Positions 17,116 to 30,842 of a stretch of 64,000 bases of DNA are shown piece by piece. This DNA is from the human T2T-CHM13v2.0 reference genome, Homo sapiens: assembly GCF_009914755.1 (NCBI RefSeq), contig NC_060944.1. One strand, written 5' to 3'. Made by a program: the position numbers and the translations under genes. The notes beneath the pieces were generated by a model. It worked only from the letters and a program-made list of their open reading frames with translations, was not told the origin of the DNA and searched no databases. How positions within the stretch are numbered: the stretch's first letter is position 1; the number at the start of each line of letters is the position of its first letter.

Positions 17116-18238
17116 TTCAAGGAATGCACTGCAGGAATTTCTTAGAAATGTCAGTCACATTACTGAAAGACACAGGAACAACCTGGAACATTTTGCCAAG
17201 CCTCTCTTTGGTCAGAATTAGATTTCTATTTATGCTCATACATTCATATAAACCATCAAGTATGTTCAAAAGCACCAACTATGTGGCTGTTAAAAAATTA
17301 ACTGCAGTCCAAAGTGATGCAACATCCTTCATTTTCTAAACCTCAGGAGCAATCTGATTATGGCACCATTAGGAAAGCAAAATCTATCAACTTGGAGCTT
17401 ACTGTTTCTCAGAATAAACTCAACTAGGGACAAGGCCTAGAGGGGTTAAATGACTGGTCTAAAATCCACAGCTAACTGGTGGCAGAACTAGAACTAGAAC
17501 CAGGTCTCAAGGTCACCATCGCAGACTTTCTTCAATATAACAGATTGCCTTCTCTCCTGTCTGAGACAAGCATCAAAAAAATAGACACTGATTAAAGTCT
17601 TTCAGTGGCTTCCTATCAGGCTTGGTTTAAGTTCTCCAATTTAGACCTTCCCCAATTTAGTGTTCTCTGTCCTATGTTTTTGTTATTTCCCAACACACAC
17701 TGTCATCCTTGGGAGAACTAGATACTTTTATGTTTTGTACCTGTTGCCTTTTTTACTTAAAAGATCCGCCAGTGCTCAGCCTTTGTACATATTACCTCAT
17801 TTAAAATATCCACACAAGAGTCCTATAAGGTAGGTTTTACAGATAAGAACTTTTCTAAGAGCACATAGCTACCACATTACATCCAGTTCTTTTTGATTTC
17901 AAAACCCATGTTCTGAACCACTCTTGCCTGCTGCCTCTGTTCTTCTGTCTATAGCAACTGTGAGTCTTGACAGTTATATGCAAACTTGTAGACAGTGTCT
18001 CCCTCATTTGCTCTTTCTTACAGCCCAGCCCTTTGGCTAAACATTTTTACTTTCCCAATTTACAGTTGAATAAATGGCGGCTCAGAAAGGTGAAGTGACT
18101 TGCTCAAGGTCACACCACGCTTATAGTCTGTACTGTACAATTCCCTGATTCTATATGATATTTCAGTTAATTATCTAAGTATTTACTGAAGACTTACTTG
18201 AAGAGCATTAAACTGGATACTCTAGGAATTAAAAAGAT

Positions 18239-18303
18239 TGTTCATGAATTGCTTCCTGTATGTTCATGAATTACTTCCTGTGTGCTCATGAACTGCTTCC
18301 TCG
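18239..18303 (+). repeat. 22-bp tandem repeat, ~3 diverged copies
   Basis: TGTTCATGAATTGCTTCCTGTA / TGTTCATGAATTACTTCCTGTG / TGCTCATGAACTGCTTCCTCG. Confidence 0.88.
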
Positions 18304-18774
18304 TGTGTCTCCTCCATCTAGTGTATGAAACCCTAAAGAGAACAGAGCTCATCCCGTATTGCTCATCAGACTCCCACAATGCTTAGTCCAACCTGGGACC
18401 CAGAATCAGTAAGTACACATTATTAGACAAATTACCCCCAGAACTTTTTTTGGCTGCCAAGATAATCAGATGCCAATTACCCACCAGACATTCTTATCCT
18501 GTAGTTGATTCCAAGGTCATTCATCCCTTGGGTACCATTACTTCCTTTCTTTAAAAAAAAATACTTTAGAAAAATAGTTTTTATTTAAACCAGCCTTAGG
18601 CAACAAATATGAATTTCAACCTGCAAAAACATGTATAAAAGCACTGTCTGATTCGCCATCAGAAATTCTTTCCTAAGATGATAGTAAACGTACAAGTTCC
18701 AGAAAAAAAATACAATGAAATTTAAGCATTAACAATTCAAAAATGCTTTGAAGTCATATTTAAGAATAAAGTTC

Positions 18775-19863
18775 AATAACACCAAAAGCACAAATGACAA
18801 CAGAAAAATAGATAGGTCTTCATCATAAATAAAAACTTTTGTGCTTCAAAGGACACCACCAAGAAAGTAAAACCACAGCCTACAGAATGTGAAATAAATA
18901 TTTGCAAATCATGTATCTCATAAGGGAACTGTATATAAAATCTAGAATGTGTTCTAGTACCTAGAACTCCTACAACTTAATAATAAAAAGGCAAATTACC
19001 AAAGTTAAAAATGGGCAAAAGATCTAAATAAACATGTCTCCAAATAAGATATGCAAATGGCTAATAAGCACATGAAAAGATTCTCAACAGCATTAGCCAC
19101 CAGGGAAATGCAAACCAAAATCATAATGAGATACCACTTAACACCCATTAGAATGGCTTTAAGCAAAAAAGACAGATAATAAATTTTAATGAAGATGTGG
19201 AGAAAATGGAACTCTCATACTTTGCAGGTGGGAATATGAAACAGTGCAGCCACTTTGGAGAACAGTCTGGCATTTCCTAAAAATGTTCAACATAAAGTTA
19301 CCACATGACCAAAAATGCTATTTCTAGTTATATACCCAAGAAAATAAAAACATATTTTCACATGAAAACCTGTCAATATTCCTACTAGCCAAAGGCGGAA
19401 ACAATCCAGATATTCATCAGTTGATAAATGGATAGACAAAATGTGGTATATCTATACAATGCAGTATTATTTGGCCATAAAAAGGAGTAACGTACAAATA
19501 CATGCTACAGTGTGGATAAACCTTAAACACATTATGTTAAATGAAATATGCCATTTGCAAAAATACCACATATTCCCTGATTCCATTAAAGTAAAATATC
19601 CAGGATAGGCAAAACTATAGAAACAAAGTAGATTAGTGGTTGCTTAGGTAAGAGGAGGTTTGTGGGAGAGGTGGAGAGCAAATGGGGAGTGACTACTATA
19701 CTAAAGAGTATAGGAGTCTTTTTAGGGGGTGATAAAAATTTTAAAACTTCATGGAGGCGGTGGTTGCACAACTCTGAATATACCAAAACCATCAAATTGT
19801 ATACTTTAAATGAGTGAATTGTATGGTATGTGAATTATATATCAATAATCCTTTCATTAAAAA
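18775..19863 (+). mobile_element. L1MB-type LINE, end of ORF2 and 3' UTR
   Basis: aaaacttttgtgcttcaaaggacacc, aatgagataccactta, gtatggtatgtgaattatatatcaataa. Confidence 0.85.
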
Positions 19864-20351
19864 GTACAAATAATACAGTTTGAGAAACTTCATAAATATT
19901 ACAAGAAAATATTTGATGACATATCTTTACATTCAAAACAAGCTAAAGTATAATCAATGCATATCTTACTTGTGATTCACTTCTGTGAGTTTTTCCATAT
20001 GTCACGTACATGTGATTTCTTCATGATCATCATCACACGAATTGGCAAAAACTAGAAACCAATCGCTTGGAAATTAAAGGAGAGAAAGTTGTCAGGTTGC
20101 CAGAAGTGGAAAAACAGGTTGAATACAGATTTGATGTTACCAGCTAAAGTTATGTGCATTACTTCACTAATTGGAAGAAAACAATTTTCCATTTGGAAAA
20201 GAAGGTGATACGATTCAGTGTGTCACCAATATCGTCTAGAAATTTAACACATAATGGCTATTGGGCAACGGATAGCCTATTCAAAAGTCAAAACCCAGTT
20301 AATATACAGCCCTCCTTTTCCCACCACTATGCTGAGTAGAGTGAATTCATC

Positions 20352-20353
<2 letters not shown>

Positions 20354-20396
<43 letters not shown>

Positions 20397-20398
20397 GT
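20354..20398 (+). repeat. (TG)n microsatellite
   Basis: About 22 TG units with two TA interruptions. Confidence 0.95.
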
Positions 20399-21433
20399 TG
20401 AGAAAAGGGAAACTTACTATGATACCAGTAGTAACAACTTTAAGATTTTATAAAACGAGTGTTATCAAGCAATGAGAATAAACAAATTACAATTACACAC
20501 AAAAATATGGAAAAATCTCACAATCATAATATTAAGCAAAAGAAGCCAGATTTCATGCATGATTTCATTAATATAAACTCAAAAGGAGGCCAAGCTTACC
20601 TATGCTATCAGAAGTCAGGATAGTGGGTATCCTTAGGAAAGCTGGGAGTGGAGAGGGCATCTGGGAACTTCTGGGGCACTAAGAACATTCTGTTTCTTGT
20701 TTCAGATGGGGTCTAGATTTTCATTTTGTGCCGTGTCTGCAAATTATGTAGTTCATCCTGCCCTTACTCTACTCCTTTAACACATTGACTGTGTCTGGAA
20801 TTTAAGAAAACAGTGTTTATAGCAGCTGTGCAAAGTGTCATGAATCACACATTCAGGGCAGGAAAAAATAGTCAATGTAGTCAAGCCAGTCTGAAGAAAG
20901 CAAGAATTCTTATGCACGTAATGAGAAGAAGTGTCCCAGTGCTAGTATCATTCATCTTTGAATCACAGCTTCCTCACCATTTAGAGAGGGGAGAAAAAGG
21001 AAAATAAGATGAACTGACCATCTTTTAACCTGAATACCAAGCAGATATAAAACATTATCATCTATGCTTTTCTCTTTCCACCAAGGTGAGGCATAATACA
21101 TTTGATCACCAATTACTAATTAATCACGATTCTTTATCCATTAATTTTCAAAAAAAAAATCCTGGCAGAATCTTTCAATCTTGTGAATATTTTTTATTTT
21201 ACATGTGCCTACCTTGCCGCCAGCACTAGATTGTTGACTGTTAGGCCTCTTAAATACCATACATTCCTTCAAGCAATTGACGTCCATGTCCAATACCCTA
21301 TAGCCTCTATGGTGGAGGGAGAAAAATGTTGCTTTGAATTTTTGTTGTTGTTTTGATTTTGTTACATTTTTGTGTGTTTTTGTTTTGTTTTGTTTTGCTT
21401 TGCTATTTGCTTTAAATTAAAATCTCCAAAGTT

Positions 21434-21720
21434 GGCTAGATGCGGTGGCTCAAGCCTGTAATCCCAGCACTTTGTGGGGGCCAAGGCAGGTGGATTGCTT
21501 GAGTCCGGGAGTTTGAGACTAGCCTGGGCAACATGGTGAAACCCCTGTGTCTACAAACAATACAATTCCAGGTGTGGTGGCATGTGCCTCTGGTCCCAGC
21601 TACTCAGGAGGCTGAGGTAAGAGGATCATTTAAGCCAGGGCAGTCGAGGCTGCAGTGAGCCAAGATCATACCAGCACACTTCAACCTGGGCAAAAGAGCA
21701 AGATCCTGTCCCTAAAAATA
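21434..21720 (+). mobile_element. AluJ-type SINE
   Basis: Diverged Alu with gtcgaggctgcagtgagc right arm; TSD CTCCAAAGTT (21424-21433, 21723-21732). Confidence 0.93.
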
Positions 21721-21859
21721 CCCTCCAAAGTTAACAGTTTGCCTTTTCTTCAAAAGGCTTAAAAAGAGGAGCATAAGGTCTTGCGATACTTTTACTTTTA
21801 CTGTAAGACTGTACAGTCCTCAGCAATTTTGGCCTTAAAATGATCCAGAGCAACAAATG

Positions 21860-22070
21860 AGAGGCACAAGGGCTTTGAAGTAAGCTCAATGTTTATTGGA
21901 AACCCCAACTCTACTACTAAATATTTTTTTATCTGCCTTGGAGCTACAACAAAACCATTCTCTGAGCCTCAGGTTTTAATGGGTAAAATGGAAATTTTAT
22001 TACCTGTTATTGTGAAGATTACTGTGAAGGCTAAATGAAATGTGGAAAAACCCTGAGAAAGTTTCTTGGA
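21860..22070 (+). mobile_element. MIR SINE
   Basis: gggctttgaagt...tctctgagcctcagg...gtaaaatgg...gtgaaggctaaatga. Confidence 0.6.
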
Positions 22071-22196
22071 ATATAAGTCAAGGAGGGGAAGAGAATAGCA
22101 GTTTATACAAAGAAATGGCTTATATTGTAAATCACTAAAGTATAATTTTCAAAAAGTAAAATCTTGACTTTTATGTAAATATAAAATGAACACATT

Positions 22197-22602
22197 GAAG
22201 ATTTTATTCAACTTAATTAATAAACAGCAATATATAAATACTGGATCAAACAAAAATGTGAGAAACAGAAAAATATAGGTAGATGTAGATATATTTATAA
22301 AGAGAGACAGGAATGCAGAAATGAACTTTCTAATAGATGCAAAACTAAATATTGTTCTCTAGGGAAATTATTATAATGATGCTTGGGGTTATCTTATCCA
22401 AGGAAGATTTTATTCAACTTAATAAACAGCAATATATAAATACTGGATCAAATGAAAATGTGAGAAACAGAAAAATATAGATAGATGTAGATATATTTAT
22501 AAAGAGAGACAGGAATGCAGAAATGAACTTTCTAATAGATGCAAAACTAAATATTGTTCTCTGGGAAATTATTCTAATGATATTTAGGGTTATCTCATCC
22601 AA
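22197..22602 (+). repeat. ~206-bp tandem duplication (2 copies)
   Basis: Copies at 22197-22401 and 22403-22602, both starting GAAGATTTTATTCAACTTAAT and ending ATCCAA; about ten differences including a 4-bp indel. Confidence 0.95.
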
Positions 22603-23041
22603 CTGGCATAAATCAAATTGTATCTCTACTGGTGAAAAATCATTTGCATTGCTTTCCACATGAATAATTAACTTTGCTATCAGTTTTCTACACATTAACT
22701 TCTATCCCTACAGAATTGTAAAACAGTCAACAGAAAGTCAATAAAGAGGTGCAGATTCCTGTAGTATCTGATGATCCTCTGAAAGTTCACTATACTATGT
22801 TTTGCCCTCTACTAAAAGGGCACTTGGTAACTTATCTTGCCCATTTCCAAGGCCGGAGCATTTTTTTTTCTTACAAAATTACCTACTGTGTAACGCATAT
22901 GTGTACATGTAGCTGAATGGAGACAATTTGAAATGCAAAGCTCACACACATCCATTTCAAGTGCTGTAATGGGACAATACATTTCCTTGCTTTTTTGTGT
23001 GTATGCGTTTTGTAAGGAAGGATGGATATGTAGGTAGGTGA

Positions 23042-23372
<331 letters not shown>

Positions 23373-23492
23373 AGAATATTATTCTACTATACCAACTGAT
23401 GATCAGTCTCTCCTTCACTCCTCATCCTAGCTGTTGAGCTGCTTTATTCTCATTGTACCAGGAGGGGACGGTTGCAGAGTAAAATGCAGATG

Positions 23493-23498
<6 letters not shown>

Positions 23499-23526
<28 letters not shown>
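23499..23526 (+). repeat. Poly(A) run (~28 nt)
   Basis: Uninterrupted A tract. Confidence 0.9.
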
Positions 23527-23529
<3 letters not shown>

Positions 23530-24705
23530 CTTTTGGAGTTTTGAAGTCTTTGGGGTAACACAGAGTCACCCATGAGTGACAGCAGCAGGTTTCTGAAGAA
23601 AGGGATGTTCTTGAGGGACCAAAAGAGAGATGCTTCCAGATTGAGAGGAGAGTAATCGGTAAAGAAGTAATGAGCGGAGGCACAGGTGGGTGGCAGGGAG
23701 GGGCTTGCTCTGCTTCCCACGCAGTTCCCCTGAAAGGAGGAAGGTCCCTGGAGAGAGAAAACTGCTGCAGAGGGAGTCTAGGTGGATGGAGCCATAGACG
23801 GACTTGCAGGGATCCCTGATCCCTGGTTCCTAGCCTGACAGGGAAGGAACAGAGCTGAATTATTCCCTTGCCTTCCCACATGATGCAGGGAAAGCAGAGA
23901 GAAAGCCACTAGAGCTTCAGGGTGCAGGAGGAAGAGGAAATGTGAGATGATGCTTAGGAGCATATGTCAGTGACCAAAGACATTGTCGTGCTTCAAACCT
24001 GCTCTTCCCAGAGCAACCTGATTTCATAAATGCTCCTTAGGACTGGGCCAATGGACTGAAATTATCTCAACCACCTGGTGGAAAGTGAAAAGCAGGGGGG
24101 GTCCTCAATATTAAAATTAAGTTCTAAGAAAAAGTTATATTTTTTCAACAGCTATGTTGTGAGCTGATTTATAGATGCTATCTCTATGATTGCTGTGCTT
24201 GGAGAGATTCAGCCCCCCAGAAGGCCCAGTGCTTTGCCACCTCTTAGGATCCACACTACTGTACCTCTTTTACTGTCAATATCAGAAGGGCTCAGCCACA
24301 AGCCCTTGGAAGCTTAGAAAATTTGTCCTTCCTAAGACCCCAGAATTGTCTCAGGATTTAACTCTTGAGGCAGGCCACCCTGGAACGGGTTCACTCTGCA
24401 TGTGTCTATAACCAGGTGGACTTTTATAACCAGATCATGTCCAACAGGGGTATAAAAAGATCCAATCGCATTTAGGAGTCCAGATAAATTTCCTAGTAAA
24501 TCAGGAGACAGGCTACATAAATGTCTCCCACAGAGTCTATGCATTTAAGATGTCTAGAAATAGATGTTAAGCGACAGGACTAAAAGCACTGGATGAATAT
24601 TTTTCAAGAGCCTCTAATTCTTACCTACCTTGCTGCCTCACTATGGCTGCTACTATATTCCTATGAATATAAGAAAAGTTACCCTAGGTCAAGGTATAAA
24701 CCATC

Positions 24706-25080
24706 TGTGGCTAAGACAGCTGATGGTCATCAAAATCCACATTCTCCTCTTCCTTCTGGACACAGGGTAGACTACATTTCCCAGCCTTCCTTGAAGTAAG
24801 TGTAGTCACATAACCGAGTTACAGCCAGTGGGACTGGGGGAAAGCAGTGTGTGCTGCTTCCAGGCCCAGCCTATAACCCTCCCATAGGCACTGCTCCATG
24901 CTCTTTGTCCTTTGCCAAGAAAAGAGTGGTGATCACAGTAGCTTTGGTTGCCATGATCTGAGGACAGCAGCACTTTAGGTCACATCGGTGACCAAAGACA
25001 TCAGACTTTGAGTGATATGGTCCCTGCCAACGTCCAGGCCTCTTTCTGGTTTCTTGGGTATAAGTGTGAAGACTGTGAGA
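24706..25080 (+). mobile_element. MLT1I/J-like MaLR LTR
   Basis: cattctcctcttccttctggacacagggtagactacatttcccagccttccttg start motif. Confidence 0.65.
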
Positions 25081-26089
25081 GAGATTGAGGGCCACAGTCC
25101 TGGCTGTTGACCCTTCTTATGGGAGACTTTCTATCAGCCAAACTTGTAGTATGTGGTCATTGAAACTTTCTTCTTAGGTCCAAGAATGTCATTATATTGT
25201 CAGTAACAATATTCCTGGACAAAGAGGAAGAGAGATGCTAAAGTTTTGTATCATATGATTTCTGAAGTTCTCTCCTATAATCCTTATGTTAGCCCTCAGA
25301 GGTCGTGATCCTCTTTTATAATAGAAATAAACAAGATTCAGATGAATGTGCCTGATCTTAGCAGAGCCAATTATCCATGACACCCAGCCTCCATGAGTGA
25401 CTGACATATTACTGAAATGAAATTTGAGGGTGTTTCATTTGATGGAGAACATCCAGGTCACCATCTTTTTATAGGCCAGCTGTTTTTTCCATCTTCCTTA
25501 CTTGCAGAGAAATTAAAACTGCATGATACATTTCCTGTAGTGAAGCTAAGCCTGAAGCCTCAGGACCTGTGTGCACAGGGGCATGGAAGAGAATGTGTTT
25601 TAGCCATGCCATAAATACCTTATCATACATGACTTTTACAGAAATGTGACAAGAGCAACAAAAAGAAAGAAAGAGGCAACTTTGAAATCTCAATGCTCTT
25701 GGATTCATTCTTATCACATACTTGTGTCCTGGCACCCCCAGAAAGACCTTGGGGCAGAACAGGCAGACTCTCTGAGGCTGGGTCACTATGCAACGTTTCT
25801 AACACTCAAAAGCCACCGCTTCGCCTTTTTCCTTTTCCACACCATTGCCCCTCAGGTCAGTAGGTAAATGCCCTCTGCGGTAGGTAATATACTAACAACA
25901 TAAACCAGCAGTCCACAGACCCTGACTACTCACCCATGCCTGTCACTGGAAGAAGGGGGTGGGAGCACAAGGTAAATACAATTTTCCCTCTTTAGCCACA
26001 AAGGATTTAATTCCCCCAAGCCCTCTTGATAGGAAAATTCACAATTATAAGACTTGGAACACTAAGGTTCAAACAAGTTTAGATTTGAC

Positions 26090-27260
26090 AAAATTCACTG
26101 AATTGTACCTTAGGATTTGTGCATTTCCTCATATGTAAATTCTACCTTAAAAACAACAATAAAAAAAAAAACACCTGACTACACTCTCACCAGGCTGGTT
26201 ACAATTTTAAAAAGACTGACTATACCAAGTGTCAGTGAGGATGTGGATCAACTGGGATGTTCATTAGTGGTTGGTGCATAAACTTGTGCAAACACTTGGA
26301 AAGCCATGGATCCATGTATTAGTCCGTTCTCACACTGCTACAAAGATATTGCCTGAGACTGGGTAATTTATAAACAAAAGAGGGTTATTGAATCACAGCT
26401 CCACATGGCAAGAGAGGCTTCAGAGAACTTTCAATCATGGCGGAAGGTGAAGGGGAAGCAAGACGCATCTTACATGGTGGCAGGAAAGAGAGAGAGAGCA
26501 GGGGATACTGCCACTTTTAAAACCATCAGATCTCATGAGAACTCCCTCACTATCTGGAGAACAGCATAGGGAAACTGCCCCCATGATCCAATCTCCTCCC
26601 ACCAAGTCCCTCTCTCGACACATGGGGACTACAATTTGAGACAAGATTTGGGTGGGGTCACAGAGCCAAACCATATCAATCAGTATCTTCCAAAGTTGAA
26701 CAGATACACACGTTATGTTCCAATGATTCCACTTCTAGGTATGTACCCAACAGAAATGTACGTATATGGCTACCAAAGGCTATACTAGAACATTCACAGT
26801 AGCAATTGCTTTAATAGCTAAAAACTAGAAACAACCCAAATGTCCACAATAGAATGATTAAATAAATTACAGTATGCTCCTAAAATGGAATACTATGTAA
26901 CACTGAGAATGAACAAGTTATTGCTAAGCACTACAAAGTGGAAAACTCTCTCAAACGTAATAATTGAGTGCAAGAAGCCAGACACAAAAGAATATGAACT
27001 GAATGACTCTTTTATATAAAATAATGAGGCAGAACTGATCCATGGTGATAGAACTTAAAATAGTGGTTTCTTTGTGTGATTAAGGAGTGAAGAGTAGGGC
27101 AGGGCCTGAAGAGGGCTTCTGGATACGAGAAATGTCCTATTTCTTCAGCTGGGTACAGTTCCCATGTGTGCTCACTTTATGAAAATTCACTGAGCTGTGC
27201 AATTAGTCTGTGTATCCTTGTCTATGTAAATTAGCCTGCAATTTTTAAAACTGCTAAAAA
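26090..27260 (+). mobile_element. L1ME-type 3' region interrupted by an MST LTR
   Basis: gactataccaagtgtcagtgaggatgtgga...[LTR]...tccacttctaggtatgtacccaacagaaatg, aaactagaaacaacccaaatgtcca. Confidence 0.7.
26315..26678 (-). mobile_element. MSTA-like MaLR solo LTR
   Basis: TGTATTAGTCCGTTCTCACACTGCTA ... GATTTGGGTGGGGTCACAGAGCCAAACCATATCA termini. Confidence 0.9.
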
Positions 27261-27426
27261 AAGATTTCAGATGCTCAACTTGAAAATTAACCTATGAGAG
27301 TCTTTAAAAATATACATTTTCTACATTTCTTGGAAGAAAACAATTAGAAGAAAACTCTTAGAGCAGTAAACTAAATAATGAGATCCTCTGACTAGCTGCA
27401 AAATTTTAATTAGTAGTAATAGGTAC

Positions 27427-28208
27427 TGCAGTAGGCAGAGTAATGATCCTCCAAAGATGTCCACACCCTATCCCTGCATCCTGTGAACATGTTACCTTAC
27501 ATAGCAAAAGAGACTTTGCAAGATATTGGTCAAATAATGAAAAATTTCTGTTAGAGGGGAGGAACAACTTCAAGACATCTATTATACAACATGATGAGTA
27601 TAATTCATAACAATATATTGTATACTTGAAAATTGCTAAAAGGGTGAATTTTAAGTGTTTTCACCACACAAAAAATAATTATGGAGAGGTAATGCATATG
27701 TTAATTAGTGTGATTTGGCCATTCCACAATGTATACACGTATCAAAACCCATCATGCTGCACAACATTAATGTATACAATTTTTATTTGTCAACTTAAAT
27801 TAATTACTTTTAAAAGGGACTTTATAGATGTAATTGAAGTTATTCCAAGATTATCCTGGATTTCAGGATGGTCACAATCTATCATATGATTTCTTAAAAT
27901 CAGAGAACATTTCCTGGCCGTAGTCCCATATATATACAGAGATGTATGATGGAAGAAAGGTCACAGGCATTCAGCATTGCTGACTTTGAAGATGGGGGAA
28001 GGGGGCATTAATAAAGGAATGTGGACACCTCTAGTATCTGGAAAAGCCAAGGAAAGAGGTTCTCCCCTACAGCCTCCAAAGAGAAATCAGCACTGCTGAC
28101 ACCTTGATTTTAGCCTAGTGAGACCCACGTCAGACTCCTGATCTGCAGAACTCTAATATGATACATTTGTGTTGTTTCAGCCACTAAGTCTGTGATAATT
28201 TCTTACAG
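27427..28208 (+). mobile_element. MLT1C/D-like MaLR LTR with nested L1
   Basis: ctccaaagatgtccac...gttaccttacatagcaaaagagactttgca; resumes after the L1; ends agcaatagaaaatgaata. Confidence 0.8.
27521..27811 (+). mobile_element. L1MA-type 3' end inserted in the MLT1 LTR
   Basis: aacaatatattgtatacttgaaaattgctaaaag motif; diverged TSD AAAAGAGACTTTGCA / AAAAGGGACTTTATA. Confidence 0.8.
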
Positions 28209-28676
28209 TAGCAATAGAAAATGAATAAGAATGCTAAGCATTTAATTTCCGTTTATCATCCCATGCTAGCTAGAAACATAAAAGTGTTCTTTGCATCAAA
28301 GCATTAACTAAAGAATAAGCTAGTTTTAATTTTTCTGCAGATAAAGCACATTCTAAAAGACTTTCTAGAGCCTGTTTCTCATTCAAAATATGTGGTGTTT
28401 TTATGATATTATAACTCAAAGTTAATGACTTTTCTTCCCCAACTAAATTGTAGACACCCTCTTCTTATATAAATTCCACAAATCTTCCCTATGGGAGACA
28501 CAAGAGTACACATTTTCTGTCTGTCTCTAGAATTTATGAGGTTTTACCCAAATGAATGTATTAAGTTTTTCTACATGATATCTCTCTCAATCTTCAGAAC
28601 AGTCTAATATTGATCATTCAAAAGATCCAATTTGATCTCTGATCAATAAGATCTGATGGGCTAATATGGACTTGGT

Positions 28677-29110
28677 TGCCCTAATTTGGGTTCCCACAAA
28701 CAGACTCTGAGACAAGGATTTAGGTGCAAGTAGTTTATTGGGGGGTATTTTCAGGAAGCATGGATAAGTAAAACCAGGAAGGGAGGAAAACTTAATAATG
28801 GGTGTTTTTATAAGAGGGTTACTACTGAGGGCAACAGAGCCACAGTCCCATTGGGATCTCTCCAGAGGCTGTGAACATGCCTCAGAATTGTCCCATAAAG
28901 AAGAAAATAACATGGGGTGTTTATGCACCAACTTCTGTCCCTTGTTGGCTGAGAGCTGCTCTCAAGGATGTGAATTTCCCAGCACACCTGGCCCACACTG
29001 CAGAAGCAGAGAATACCCCATGGTCAGAGAACCTGCTTGGGCATAGAAACACAGAAAACAGCTGACACCGTGTATCAGGGACCTCCAAGCTAAGTCAAAA
29101 GGATATGAAT
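28677..29110 (-). mobile_element. LTR16/LTR33-like ERVL LTR
   Basis: gggttcccacaaacagactctgagacaaggatttaggtgcaagtagtttatt. Confidence 0.65.
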
Positions 29111-30737
29111 GAGGGACTGACTGTGTCAGTATGATCTATTTCAGGGCAAAGATATGTGATGTTAAATATGTGCTATGCATGGATTTTCCAATCACAACAG
29201 TGTGCAAAACCCAAAAGTGTGAAAACTAAAATTAACTTGATCTTGATTAAGAGTTATAATTTCCACCTGATATCAGATAAATTGACATGATCACTTTCTG
29301 GGTTTTCTCACATAATTTTCATGACTTATTGGTCAGTTCAAATTTAATATTAACTCACATGCGGCTGGCCTTCTTAGGTCATCACGTTTACAACCTATTC
29401 ATGGGGAAATCTATGGAAATGAATGGTCTCTACGATGAGAATTTTTCCAGATTGAACTCTTCGGGAAATTTAAGTACTTCCACGTAGACTTATTAGTAGA
29501 TATTGACATGTCATTAGTCATTTGTAAAAAAATTTAATATATTGCAAATTTTTAAACATCAAAAAGCAAATAAAGCATTTTTATTCATTATTTGGCCAAT
29601 CCAATGAAATCTCCCAAATAATAACAGATTCTGTTATTTCTTTTCTTGGTGGTTGATGGTTCTCAAGTCAACAGCTGAAGGAGAGGTGTCATGGTGTAAG
29701 GAAAACGGCACTCACTTAGACCCAGACATTCTTGAGTTCATGACCCACTTCTACCACATATTATTCTGTGGCTTTGGAAAAGTCACTTAACCTGTTGAAA
29801 ATTTAGTTTTGCATGAGCATCACTCTCCATTACATGGGTAAAACTTGAGTCACTGAGAATGAACAGATTTCTGTACACTGTACAATTCTGACAGTTCATT
29901 CTGCTCATATCCTCCCATTTTTGCCAACTCTCTATCCCCAAGTTGTTCCAAGAGCGTTTTCACAACACATTGCCAAGCCTCTGTCCTTCCCTTTCTTGCC
30001 TATCCTCATTCTGTTATCTCCCTTTTTGGCTGCTTCATTAAGAGAGGAGCTGAGAATCTGGCATCTGGGCAAAACCATTACTTTGGAGAACACCACAAGG
30101 CCATTGCTAATTTTATCTTTGCCTTTAATGTACTAGTGGGAAGATTTATTTCTACCTTTAATAGTAAGATATCCTAAGTAGAAGGCATGTGGGTACTGCT
30201 GAGTCTTAGTTCTGTGAAGGTGGAGACTGTGTATGTTTTATTCCTTGTGAGAACCAAGGACTCAGCAAATACAGAGTACTTATTCAAACATTTTCTGAGG
30301 TTACTAGTTGATCCAAAATGTATTTAGTTGTTCAGAGATGCCAAATCTTGCTCAATATTTAGTCTGTGTTTTAGTATTGCTCCAAACCTTAAACCTAAAC
30401 CTACCACTGACTTCAACAGAACTCTTCGCTTATTTTAACTGGAGATGGTATGAAGCAATGAGTCACCACTGACTATACATACCAGCAGTGCCTGATGCCA
30501 AATGGTTGGTGTGTTAATATAATTTTGTACACACAACAATGCACACATTCCAATACGGTAAGTAAAATAGAAAAGTTTCAAGAGTGAGAGCACGTAGTAG
30601 ATATTTCTCAGAAATCTATGTGTGATTACCTAACCTTAGCAATTGCAATTAGGGGAAGGAAACGGAGAAAGCAGAATTCAGCTGTGTTTTAAGATTTATT
30701 TTATATATACCTTTTGTCCCTTGTAAAAAGAAAATTT

Positions 30738-30842
30738 GAAAAAGAAGAAGAAAAAGAAGAGGAGGGTGGGGGAGGAAAGGGAAAAGGACAAATGTGAAAA
30801 GAGGAAAGAGATGGAGAAGAAGAAAAGAAGAAAGAAAAGAGA
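30738..30842 (+). repeat. Purine-rich (A/G) low-complexity tract
   Basis: About 100 nt almost entirely A/G. Confidence 0.8.

Noticed and set aside
23499-23526. Isolated poly(A) as the tail of a processed pseudogene
   Set aside because: No upstream mRNA-like body, polyA signal or clear TSD.
23530-24170. Purine-rich block that might be an ancient LTR or an exon
   Set aside because: I could not assign a family or consistent splice sites by eye; needs a Dfam search.
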